Made by a program: the position numbers and the translations under genes. A DNA stretch of 64,000 nt. Origin: Chitinivibrionales bacterium. Lineage in GTDB: Bacteria > Fibrobacterota > Chitinivibrionia > Chitinivibrionales > WJKA01. The notes beneath the pieces were generated by a model, which was not told the origin of the DNA, did no database searches, and was given only the letters and a program-made list of their open reading frames with translations. Numbering within the stretch: the first letter of the stretch is position 1; each line of letters begins with the position of its first letter. Below are positions 8,290 through 17,629 of this stretch, in pieces. The stretch lies in contig WJLZ01000133.1 in the NCBI GenBank assembly GCA_014728215.1, forward strand, positions 13,129 through 77,128, given 5' to 3'.

Positions 8290-10176
8290 ATGGTACGTTT
8301 GATGGTAAAAACCGTACTTTGTGGAAGTCTGCTGTGGGGTATTGCTGCAGGAAATCTTAATACCAATGGTCAAAAAGGGATAACGCGCACGATATCCGGT
8401 AAGACTCTTGGAAAATCGAAAATGAATGTCGGTGCAGGGCTGAATTACGCACAAGGACTTTCATCATCGCCCTTTATCAGATGGGATAAGGTGCCGGATG
8501 GTGAAACGGGATTTTCTGCAGGTGCCGAAGAAAACGGCAAATTCATTTCATCCAATGCCTATCTTGCTCTGGGAGTGGCTTCGTTCTGGGATATCGGAGT
8601 CAGCATTCCTTTTATGTGGGACGGCAGCGATTTGTATGATGATCTTTCGGCCTTTGGTATCGGTGATCTGGAATTTTCCACAAAGATTCTCTACCCCCGC
8701 CCTACCGAACCCCGGGTTTTTTATCAAGCCTACTATCTTGCTGCTGGTTTTGGTGTTACCCAGATGATGGATCATGGCATCTATCCCCGTCATGCATATT
8801 ATACTTCTAAAAGTTTTTCCGAAGGCGGCAATGTTAATAATGCCGGTCAAGATGCTGATGTCATGTCGGCAACTTCTTTTGTTGTAAAAGCGATGCTCTG
8901 CTGGACTTTTGATATCAAGGCAGCTGCCGAAAACGTTCCTCTGGAAATCACGGTGAACGGTGGTATTGCCATTCCCGACGGTAGCAGGGCTATAACTGGA
9001 CTGGCAAATATGGCGCTTACTTATACTCCGGTCGATGCACTTACCATTTATGTCGATTATGCCGGCGAGTTCCGTGGTAATACGGTGATCAACCGGCCCG
9101 ATGAGCTTCTGGGCGAACCCATGTGGCTGTCACCGGGTATCCGCATTACCGCGCCGGTGGGCGTTTATGTGCAGCTCGGTGCGGATATCGGCTTGTCTCA
9201 GGATTCCGATGAGTACCGGACAACCTGGGCGGTCGACGGCGGAAGATATTCTACTTCACCGGTACCAAAACTGGGAGTACAGTTTGCCTTTGGATGGTGC
9301 GGATTCCTTTCGGCGCAGGATGAAGATCGTGACGGTATAAAAGATAAAGACGACCGGTGCCCCAAGGATGCCGAGGATATCGACGGGTTTGAAGATTCGG
9401 ACGGGTGCCCTGAAGAGGACAATGACAAAGACGGTGTGCTGGATAAGCAAGATAAATGCTCCAAAGAGCCCGAAGACAAAGATGGATTCGAGGATGAAGA
9501 CGGGTGTCCCGACCCTGATAACGACGAAGACGGTATTATCGATACAAAAGACAAATGTCCTCTGGTTGCTGAAGATTTCGATGGATTTGAAGACAAGGAC
9601 GGCTGCCCTGATTATGACAACGATAAAGACGGCGTGCCGGATTCTCTGGACAAATGCCCCAACGATGTCGAAGATTTCGATAAGTTCAAGGATGATGATG
9701 GTTGTCCGGATATCGATAACGACAAGGACGGTATTCCCGACTTAAAAGACAAATGTCCGAATGAGCCCGAGACATTCAATAATCTCAATGATAAGGACGG
9801 CTGTCCGGATGAGAAAAAGCAGGAGTCAAAAATGCCGAAACACCAGATCATGCGGGGTGTAAATTTCAGCAGCGGCAGTGCTGAGATGAGTTTCGATTCC
9901 TACAAGCATCTCGATCCGATTATCGAAGAGATGAAAAAGTATCCCGAAATAGAGATTGAGATACGTGGACATACCGACAGTATCGGGAGGAGTTCGGCGA
10001 ATAAACGTCTTTCACAAATGCGGGCCGAGTCGGTACGACAGTACATGATGTCCCGGGGGATTGAAGGCCATCGGATGCGTGCGGTCGGTTTTGGCTCAAG
10101 CAGCCCGATTGCCGACAACAGGACTGCCGCCGGACGGGCCCAGAACAGGCGTATCGAAATCGTCAGAATAAAGTAA
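8290..10176 (+). CDS. OmpA family outer-membrane protein with thrombospondin type-3 repeats (tandem paralog)
   Basis: 628 aa. Same three-part architecture as the upstream gene, with only a 24-nt gap between them. OmpA domain motifs GHTDSIGR...N..LSQMRAESV and NRRIEI. Confidence 0.9.
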   Translation: MVRLMVKTVLCGSLLWGIAAGNLNTNGQKGITRTISGKTLGKSKMNVGAGLNYAQGLSSSPFIRWDKVPDGETGFSAGAEENGKFISSNAYLALGVASFWDIGVSIPFMWDGSDLYDDLSAFGIGDLEFSTKILYPRPTEPRVFYQAYYLAAGFGVTQMMDHGIYPRHAYYTSKSFSEGGNVNNAGQDADVMSATSFVVKAMLCWTFDIKAAAENVPLEITVNGGIAIPDGSRAITGLANMALTYTPVDALTIYVDYAGEFRGNTVINRPDELLGEPMWLSPGIRITAPVGVYVQLGADIGLSQDSDEYRTTWAVDGGRYSTSPVPKLGVQFAFGWCGFLSAQDEDRDGIKDKDDRCPKDAEDIDGFEDSDGCPEEDNDKDGVLDKQDKCSKEPEDKDGFEDEDGCPDPDNDEDGIIDTKDKCPLVAEDFDGFEDKDGCPDYDNDKDGVPDSLDKCPNDVEDFDKFKDDDGCPDIDNDKDGIPDLKDKCPNEPETFNNLNDKDGCPDEKKQESKMPKHQIMRGVNFSSGSAEMSFDSYKHLDPIIEEMKKYPEIEIEIRGHTDSIGRSSANKRLSQMRAESVRQYMMSRGIEGHRMRAVGFGSSSPIADNRTAAGRAQNRRIEIVRIK

Positions 10177-10207
10177 ACCGTAGTGTAAAATCATATGTTT
10201 TCATAAA

Positions 10208-10238
10208 AGAGAGGCGCACCAGCGCCTCTCTTTATTTT
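10208..10238 (+). terminator. rho-independent terminator after the ompA-like pair
   Basis: AGAGAGGCGC / GCGCCTCTCT form a perfect 10-bp stem with an ACCA loop, followed by TTATTTT. Confidence 0.7.
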
Positions 10239-10281
10239 CACCTGTACGAGACCGGCGGCTGCCGGCATTCGATGAACTCTC

Positions 10282-12486
10282 ATGAGATCCCCTGTGCTGT
10301 TCATTACCTGGCTTTTTATAACCGTAATCCCGGTTCATGCCGCTTTAAATGCGAAGCTCCTTTCCTTTACTGAAATGGACACAACCCTTTCGGTATGGGT
10401 TGTTTTTGAAGGTAAACCTCAGAGTCTTCACAAAAGCCGTATAACGACCCGTGCTGCAAAACGACGGGCAAAAGCGAATTTTCCGCGGCATCATTACAGT
10501 GATATTCCCGTATCGACTGAGAATATCCGCCAGGTAACAAAACTCGGCGCCCGTCTTGTGCATACCTTTAAATGGGCCAATGCTGCAAGTTTCGATTGTC
10601 ATGCATCGCTGCTCGACCGGGTAAGCGTTCTTTCCTGTGTCAAAACGGTGCTCCCGGTCCGTACTTTCATCAGAAAACCACCGACGCCGGTTCAACCAGG
10701 TCTGCGAAAGAGTCGCAGTCTGAAAAATGAACGATACGGATTCAGCGAGGATCAGCTTAATCTGGTTTCGATTCCCGCCGCCCATGTGTTTATTGATTCT
10801 CGCTACGGCGCTCCTCCGGGTGAGGGGGTCGTGATCGGGTTTTTAGACAGCGGATTCGATCTCGACCATGATGTGTTTTCCTATGTACATGAGCATCATT
10901 CGGTTGTTGCCGACAGCGATTTTGTTGACCATGACGGCGATGTTTCTCAGAGCGATGATCATGGCACGAAAACGTTGTCGCTGGTGGCCGGTTACGCTCC
11001 GGGCACATTCATGGGAGCGGCATGGGGGGCCCGGTTTGTGCTTGCCCGCACCGAAGAAGCCGCTTACGAACGGCATATCGAAGAAGACAACTGGGCTGCG
11101 GCGATTGTCTGGGCCGAAAGCCTGGGTGTTGACATTGTCAATAGCTCCCTCGGATACCGGTATACCTTTGATCCGCCGGATGAAGATTATACTTTCGAGG
11201 ACATGGACGGCCGGTCGACTATTGTTTCCCTGGCTGCCCGGGCCGCGGTCGAGCGGGGCATGTTGATTGTCAACTCGGCAGGTAATGACGGTATGCTTAC
11301 CGCAACCGGCGATTCCACACTGAATGCCCCCGCAGATGTAGAAGGGGTCGTTGCCGTGGGTGCGGTAGGCAAAGACAGCGCTGTTGCCCTGTGGAGCAGT
11401 CATGGCCCCACTGCTGACGGACGAATCAAACCGGATTGCGTGGCCTATGGAAGCATCGTGAATGTGCCCCATGGTATCGACGGCTTCCGGCTGGAATCGG
11501 GCACTTCCTATTCTTCACCAATAACCGCGGGCGTTTGTGCGCTTATTCAACAGAGCCATCCCGGGCATGCCGCTGAGATGATTCGTTCGTACCTCTATGC
11601 ATCATGCATGCTCACACCCTGGCAGGATACAATCGACAACACCTATGGACGGGGTATCCCCGATGCCGCACTGGCATGCAGGCTTACACCACATTCAGTT
11701 GTCATACATGTGCGGGACACAAGCAGAAATTCCGTAAGCAATGTGTCGATTTACGACAACAATCAGAACGTCCTGGGTATCACCGACAGCATCGGGCTTT
11801 CGATTTTGGAAGCAGGCGAGGCCATGCATCCGAAAACCCTGTATATAGGAGCACAATCGGGCGATATCAGACAACAGGTGCAGGTCGATACTACGCCTTT
11901 GCGGAAAAATATCGACCTGCCTCTCGGTTATGTGAAAGTATCGTTACTGGATACGGCTGGAGAAGTGCCACGGACCATAGAGCAGGGAACCCTCTACTGG
12001 AGAGCCCCGGATGATACGAAATATTATTCCTATCCCATTACCGGCGGATTCACGATTATCCATTTTACCCGGTTCGGTGCTGCGCACCTCTATGCTTCAG
12101 CAAAGGGTTATTTTTCGTCGGATACCCTCACCCTCGATTTGCTGCAGCCGGAAATGATCGCAACATTGTATCTGAAACGCCGCCCTGTTGAACAGTTGAT
12201 CGTCTATCCCAATGTTGTCCGCCTTTCACATCCCGTTCCTCATGTCAACTATGATTTCATAGCTGCCGAATTACAGGAGAACGAGCGCATGGAGGCGTCG
12301 ATCCGTTCCATTGACGGCGATCTTGTCTGGAGTCACAGCGAATACCTTATCGAAGGTACGTCACCAAGGGTTACCCGGTGGGATTGCCGTAATCAAAAGG
12401 GCAGACGGATCGCGCCGGGAATGTATATCTTTTTGCTGCGCTATAATGGAAAGTCCTATAAAAGAGAAATTCTTATTGTGGGATAG
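10282..12486 (+). CDS. secreted S8 (subtilisin-like) serine peptidase with FlgD-Ig/T9SS-like C-terminal domain
   Basis: 734 aa. Signal peptide. Catalytic triad contexts GFLDSGFD (Asp), DDHGTKT (His) and SGTSYSSP (Ser). The C-terminal roughly 80 aa (SIDGDLVW...GRRIAPGMYIFLLRYNGKSYKREILIV) resembles FlgD-Ig-like/sorting domains. Confidence 0.85.
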   Translation: MRSPVLFITWLFITVIPVHAALNAKLLSFTEMDTTLSVWVVFEGKPQSLHKSRITTRAAKRRAKANFPRHHYSDIPVSTENIRQVTKLGARLVHTFKWANAASFDCHASLLDRVSVLSCVKTVLPVRTFIRKPPTPVQPGLRKSRSLKNERYGFSEDQLNLVSIPAAHVFIDSRYGAPPGEGVVIGFLDSGFDLDHDVFSYVHEHHSVVADSDFVDHDGDVSQSDDHGTKTLSLVAGYAPGTFMGAAWGARFVLARTEEAAYERHIEEDNWAAAIVWAESLGVDIVNSSLGYRYTFDPPDEDYTFEDMDGRSTIVSLAARAAVERGMLIVNSAGNDGMLTATGDSTLNAPADVEGVVAVGAVGKDSAVALWSSHGPTADGRIKPDCVAYGSIVNVPHGIDGFRLESGTSYSSPITAGVCALIQQSHPGHAAEMIRSYLYASCMLTPWQDTIDNTYGRGIPDAALACRLTPHSVVIHVRDTSRNSVSNVSIYDNNQNVLGITDSIGLSILEAGEAMHPKTLYIGAQSGDIRQQVQVDTTPLRKNIDLPLGYVKVSLLDTAGEVPRTIEQGTLYWRAPDDTKYYSYPITGGFTIIHFTRFGAAHLYASAKGYFSSDTLTLDLLQPEMIATLYLKRRPVEQLIVYPNVVRLSHPVPHVNYDFIAAELQENERMEASIRSIDGDLVWSHSEYLIEGTSPRVTRWDCRNQKGRRIAPGMYIFLLRYNGKSYKREILIVG

Positions 12487-12525
12487 ACGGGAAAAGGAAA
12501 ATGAGAAGAAGGACTTTTCTTATCC

Positions 12526-14730
12526 CTATCCCTTAATCAACCAGCTGAATCCCCACCGGAAGGTAATCCCCGGCATGATATAGCCCGGAACATAGGCTAT
12601 TTGACGGTTGAGAAGGTTGTCTATTTTGTAAAAGAGGCGGAATGATTTGATATGGACCGTTGTTTTAAAGTAGAGGTCGTATATTTCCCGGCTCCAGATA
12701 TCCCGGTTTTCGGGGCTGCCCAGCCTGATATCACCTCTCTCACTCCAGTAGTCGAGGGCCAGATCGAGAATGATATGTTGCCGTCCTCCCCGGGCGACAA
12801 TATCCCAGGTGAGTGCGGTCTGGGATTTGGTATAGGGTTTGGTATCGGAAATCATCCATCGTGAACTGAAGGTGAGGCCGTGCCATTTGCCGAATACCGG
12901 GGCGATAGTGAATACCGATTGTGGTTGTTCGTAGGGTGCAATGCCGTGGGGCCAGGAATGTTTAACCGTGGCGCTGTCGATGCCGTCCAGATAGGCATAC
13001 CCGACTGCCAGGCCGAGTTTTTTACCGGCAAAAAATGCTTCTGCACCAAAAGCCCGGTAGGTATCGAATACAAGTCCTGATATCTTTTCGGAGACGTCAT
13101 AGGGAATTTCGTATGGATTGGCATCCTGTTGAGCGAAAAGATTGAGGGTGTGATTGAAAACCTCGCCTTGTACTTTTGCATCCCAGGTCCAGACATGTCC
13201 GCTGGAATCTTCGATGGTTAAGAAACGATGTCCGGCGGATCCTTTAACCAAACCCTGGATTGTACCCATTTGAAAGGGATGTACATATCCCGTTTTTGTC
13301 CGGTGGCCAGTCGAATGCCACCGGTCGTTGGTGTAGAGGATTTTTTTGCTGTTATCGAAGAGATAGTCGGCAAAGAGAGTATCGTTTCCCAGAAGAAGAT
13401 AGGGTTTGAGCAGACAACCGATTCGTGTAAGGGCGCCCTGCCGTTTCCGGGAGCCGTCCCAGTATATCCCCGAGAGCGGGTGACGTTTATTGACATCCCT
13501 GTCGACAGAGAGTTGCATGTCTCCCCGAAGAGGCCCGCGGCCAAGACCGGTCATCCCGAACCTTATGTCGTTGCGATACTGGGTGAGGCGTTCCCAGAGC
13601 AGTGGTGCGGTATCGGAGGGCATGGTGCTGTTCTGTTGCTGATAAAGTAGTTCATCTTTGATATCGGAATATTCGTAGGTGAAGTAGTTTTTCGCATCCC
13701 TGTCTTTGTATTGCTCAAGATGAATGCCTATTGCAAGTTCATCGGTGAGGGGGTTGGTGCCCTTGTTCGCCACTGCCGACGTATCGGCGCCAAAAAAATC
13801 GTACGAATTTTTGAAAAAGTTATAGATATCCCCTGGACGGTGAGAGTATTCATCATGAGCAAGGAACCGGTAGCTGGAAAAGACCCCGAGTTGAAGGTTT
13901 GATGCCAGAGGGCGAGCGAATCTGATATCGAGAATATTCTCACTGAATACGCCGTTTTCCCAGAAAATCGACATCTCGGGGGTGGTGATATTGTAGGGAT
14001 GAAGCTCTATGGTATTATCGCCTGGGCCACCGAAATTAATCCGGGAAGCTTCGGCATTGCTGAAAAAATCGGTTCCGTCAACCGGGTCGAAACCGATAGG
14101 AAAAATACCGGTTTCAGGCACCGGCGCACCGAATCCTGAAGGAAAGCCGTAGTAGAGAAATCGATTCAAGCTCGAAGAGAGAGAAAAGCGGGTCGAAATC
14201 GCCATGGGTGAAAACCGGAGCGCTTCGGAAATACCGCTTCCGTCGGTGTTGAACAATTGCCAGGTATAAAAATGAGAAGGATTGTAAAAGGAATCAACAT
14301 ATTCAGGAAAACGTGCATAGAGGCCTTTATAATAGGCATTCATTTCGAGCAGGGAGTCCTTGAGCGCAGCTTTTCTCAAAGAATCGGCCTTAAGCGAGTC
14401 TAATCGGGTCTGGGTATGCTGTTTCCGTAGTGAATCATTGGGTGGTTGTCCCATGGTAACGGCTGTATCTGAGGATGCTGCTGAATCTGTGGTAGCGGTT
14501 AGTTTGTCTTCTGCAGTCGAAATATCATGCAGCGTATCGGCGGCAGAATCTGTGTGCGCGGTATCTCTCTCAAAAGAAGCTGTTGTTTGTGCATGAATTT
14601 TGGATGAGGAAATAAGCAATAAACAAAGCACGCAAACAGTAATACCTGAAGGAGAGAACTTTTGAGATGGAGCAGGGGCAAAAAGAAGGTATTTCGAAGA
14701 AGAGAAAAATGAGGAAAATTTGTATTTCAT
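12526..14730 (-). CDS. hypothetical large outer-membrane beta-barrel candidate
   Basis: The ORF extends to 14748 (TTG). The ATG at 14730 gives MKYKFSS... with a hydrophobic signal region. The Ser/Thr/Asp-rich N-terminus is followed by alternating aromatic-rich segments, ending ...TFRWGFSWLIKG. I recognise no family. Confidence 0.45.
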   Translation of the reverse strand: MKYKFSSFFSSSKYLLFAPAPSQKFSPSGITVCVLCLLLISSSKIHAQTTASFERDTAHTDSAADTLHDISTAEDKLTATTDSAASSDTAVTMGQPPNDSLRKQHTQTRLDSLKADSLRKAALKDSLLEMNAYYKGLYARFPEYVDSFYNPSHFYTWQLFNTDGSGISEALRFSPMAISTRFSLSSSLNRFLYYGFPSGFGAPVPETGIFPIGFDPVDGTDFFSNAEASRINFGGPGDNTIELHPYNITTPEMSIFWENGVFSENILDIRFARPLASNLQLGVFSSYRFLAHDEYSHRPGDIYNFFKNSYDFFGADTSAVANKGTNPLTDELAIGIHLEQYKDRDAKNYFTYEYSDIKDELLYQQQNSTMPSDTAPLLWERLTQYRNDIRFGMTGLGRGPLRGDMQLSVDRDVNKRHPLSGIYWDGSRKRQGALTRIGCLLKPYLLLGNDTLFADYLFDNSKKILYTNDRWHSTGHRTKTGYVHPFQMGTIQGLVKGSAGHRFLTIEDSSGHVWTWDAKVQGEVFNHTLNLFAQQDANPYEIPYDVSEKISGLVFDTYRAFGAEAFFAGKKLGLAVGYAYLDGIDSATVKHSWPHGIAPYEQPQSVFTIAPVFGKWHGLTFSSRWMISDTKPYTKSQTALTWDIVARGGRQHIILDLALDYWSERGDIRLGSPENRDIWSREIYDLYFKTTVHIKSFRLFYKIDNLLNRQIAYVPGYIMPGITFRWGFSWLIKG

Positions 14731-14880
14731 GATTGTTTGTGTGTGCAATGGAAGTTATATCTGTGTTAAAAATACATGCCTGTCTGCGGTAACAAAGTAA
14801 ACTAAAATATACTTTTAAATCAGTTTATGAATCGACTATTACAGTTTAAGCGCATTATTATGTATTTTACCTCAAGACTT

Positions 14881-16764
14881 ATGAAACGAATCGGCACGTC
14901 TTCACTCTATCATCTGGTCCTCATACTTTCCTTCTGCCTGCTTTTGCTGGGAGGGTGTGCATATCTTAATACGTTTTACAATGCCAAAGCCTATTTCAAT
15001 AGTTCGTACTCGGAACATAAAAAATTAATGCAGGAGCATCCCGACTCGACGATCGAATTGCCTTCGAACATCGCTATGGGATATGATTCGGCGATTTCAA
15101 AGAGTCTGAAGGTGCTCGATGTGTACCATAAGCAGGAGAAATGGCATGATGATGCTGTTTTTCTGATGGGAAAAGCACATTTTTACAAAAAGGAGCACAG
15201 CCGTGCAATCCGCCGGCTTCGCCAGGTGCAGAAAGAATTTCCCCAGAGCCCTCACGTACCCGAGTCCTATCTCTATCTGGGAAAAGCGTACCTGCAAGAT
15301 GGATTACTCGATAAAGCGGAACAGACATTCAATTATATTCTCGAAAAATATCCTCAGCTCAATAAAAACGAGCAGGTTTCGGTGCTGATTGCCGAGGTGG
15401 CAATTCGCCGGGAAGGCAAGGCTATGGCACTCGAAATTCTGGAAAAAATCAGAAAATCGATCAAAAACCCTGTCGAGAAGATGAAGCTATTTTTGCAGAT
15501 TGCCGATTTATACATGGATCTCCATCAGTATGATAAAGCCATTAACCTGCTGAAAACCAGTCCCCGTAAACGGGGTTTGAATAAGCTCCACTACCGGATC
15601 GATTATGCGCTGTTGAGTTGTTATCTGAAAATTGATTCTCTGCAAACCGCCCTGGATCTGGCCGATGGGATGCTAAAGAAAAAACAGTATCAAAATGAAA
15701 TCCCCGCAATACTGTTGAAAAAAGGTGCGATTCTGGTGCAAATGGAGCGGTACGATGATGCTATTGCGAGCTATGAGCGGATTACCGAGCGGTATGACAC
15801 AAGCGATGTTGTTGGTGAAGCATGGTTTGAGCTGGGAATTATCTATCAGAAAAACAAGAGTGATTACGAGAAAGCGGAGGAATGTTTTGTCAAGGCGGCG
15901 TCACTGGCAAAAGACCCCGAGATCAAAGAGCGCGCAGCAAAGCGTAGCGAAGCGCTGAAATTACTGGCCCGGTACCGGGGTGAACCGGATTCGACCGATA
16001 CTGCGAGTGCAGCAGATACGGCAACATCCGACTGGGGGCTGGAGATGTTCCGTATAGGAGAGCTGTTCTGGCTCAGTCTCGATGAACCCGACTCTGCGCT
16101 CAAGTACTACACCGCGCTGGCATCGGATACATTGTTGCGTGATGATTCCCTTCCAAAGGCACTCTATGCCGCTGGCTGGATAAGCCGTCACGCTAAAAAC
16201 GATACGGCAACATCCGACAGTTTCTTTAACATGCTGATAGAAAAGTATCCCACTAATATCTATGCAAAACAGGCCCAGCAGGCAAAGGGCGAGAAAGTAA
16301 CGATTCAGACCCGGGAAGATACCGCCCAGTATCGGTTTAATTCGGCAGAGCAGAAACTTTTTGCCGATGATGATATGGAGAGCGCTATCGAAGAGTATCT
16401 GAAAATTTATGAAACCTATCCCGACCTGATATATGGCCGGCGGTCGATCTATGCTGCGGCGTGGCTCTACGATTTCAAGCTGGAAAAGAATGTGACTGCC
16501 CGGGATCTCTATATTGAATTGTGCGACTCTTTCCCCGAGTCGGATTTATGTCTGAAAGAAGCCAAACCCCGTCTGCAGGTTGTTGAAGATACCCTTCGGG
16601 TATTACGGGCAAGAAAAATGCAAAAAGAAAACGCCCGGAAACAATCAAAAAAGAGTCTGAATAAAAAGAGAAGCCTGAAAAAGAAAGCAAATCCACCCTC
16701 ACCCCCCAGTGAGGCTGTCTCCCCGGCAAAGCCCGATAGTATATTTGAGGCGGATGGGGAGTGA
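14881..16764 (+). CDS. tetratricopeptide-repeat lipoprotein
   Basis: The ORF opens at 14827. The ATG at 14881 gives MKRIGTSSLYHLVLILSFCLLLLGGC, a lipobox. Multiple TPR-like units (e.g. AVFLMGKAHFYKKEHSRAIRRL). Lys-rich C-terminal tail. Confidence 0.7.
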   Translation: MKRIGTSSLYHLVLILSFCLLLLGGCAYLNTFYNAKAYFNSSYSEHKKLMQEHPDSTIELPSNIAMGYDSAISKSLKVLDVYHKQEKWHDDAVFLMGKAHFYKKEHSRAIRRLRQVQKEFPQSPHVPESYLYLGKAYLQDGLLDKAEQTFNYILEKYPQLNKNEQVSVLIAEVAIRREGKAMALEILEKIRKSIKNPVEKMKLFLQIADLYMDLHQYDKAINLLKTSPRKRGLNKLHYRIDYALLSCYLKIDSLQTALDLADGMLKKKQYQNEIPAILLKKGAILVQMERYDDAIASYERITERYDTSDVVGEAWFELGIIYQKNKSDYEKAEECFVKAASLAKDPEIKERAAKRSEALKLLARYRGEPDSTDTASAADTATSDWGLEMFRIGELFWLSLDEPDSALKYYTALASDTLLRDDSLPKALYAAGWISRHAKNDTATSDSFFNMLIEKYPTNIYAKQAQQAKGEKVTIQTREDTAQYRFNSAEQKLFADDDMESAIEEYLKIYETYPDLIYGRRSIYAAAWLYDFKLEKNVTARDLYIELCDSFPESDLCLKEAKPRLQVVEDTLRVLRARKMQKENARKQSKKSLNKKRSLKKKANPPSPPSEAVSPAKPDSIFEADGE

Positions 16765-16982
16765 AGAATTGGGAGGGTGGAATAGTGGAGTGATTGAGTT
16801 TCGGGATAGGCAAAAATCATTCAATTAATGTACTAAAAAAGAAGGCTTTCTTTCTATTACTTCACCACTCTAACGCCTTATTTCTTCACTTTTTTTCTTT
16901 TCTTTCATGCTCTTTGATTTTATACTTATATATCTGTAGTAAATACACATTTAATTTTTACAAGTTTTAAAAGGAGGACGAC

Positions 16983-17585
16983 ATGACAAGAAATGCCGTT
17001 TTGCAGATTATTGCATCGGTTGCATTGGTAGCGCTTGTCGGGTGTGGCGGGAAACAGGTGACGCGGATCGATCCCAACACAACCACCGACTTGAGCGGAA
17101 AATGGAACGATACCGATTCCCGCCTGGTTGCCGAAGAGATGATTACCGACTGTATGTCCCGTCCGTGGCTAACCAATAATTATCCCAACAGCACACCCAC
17201 GATTATCGTTGGTAACGTGCGCAATAAAAGTCACGAGCATATCAATGTGGAGACCTTTGTGAAAGATCTGGAACGGACCCTGATCAATTCCGGTAAGGTA
17301 GAGTTTGTGGCCAGTAAAAACGAACGGGTACAGATCCGTGAAGAAAAGGCCGATCAGATGAGCGGTAATGCCTCTGAGGAGACCATGAAATCGGCCGGCA
17401 ACGAAACCGGCGCTGATCTGATGCTCATCGGAAGCATCAATACCATTGCCGATCAGGAAGGGAACAAGCGGGTGATGTATTATCAGGTCGATTTGGAGCT
17501 TATCGAAATCGAGACCCATAAAAAGCTCTGGATTGGCGATAAGAAAATCAAAAAGGTTATCACCAAGAGTAAAGCGAGGCTTTAA
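16983..17585 (+). CDS. LpoB-like lipoprotein (COG3417, penicillin-binding protein activator family)
   Basis: 200 aa. Lipobox LVGCGG. Its core pattern is IIVGNVRNKS...FVKDLERTLINSGKVEFV...GADLMLIGSI...YQVDLELIEIETHKKLW. This parallels E. coli LpoB, recalled as LLVDSVNNRT...LRNALANNGKFTLV...GAHYVLYSS...LQMQLMLVQTGEIIW. Confidence 0.65.
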   Translation: MTRNAVLQIIASVALVALVGCGGKQVTRIDPNTTTDLSGKWNDTDSRLVAEEMITDCMSRPWLTNNYPNSTPTIIVGNVRNKSHEHINVETFVKDLERTLINSGKVEFVASKNERVQIREEKADQMSGNASEETMKSAGNETGADLMLIGSINTIADQEGNKRVMYYQVDLELIEIETHKKLWIGDKKIKKVITKSKARL

Positions 17586-17629
17586 AGCGTACCGGTTGTT
17601 ATAAAAACGCGGTCGAACAATTGAGGAGC

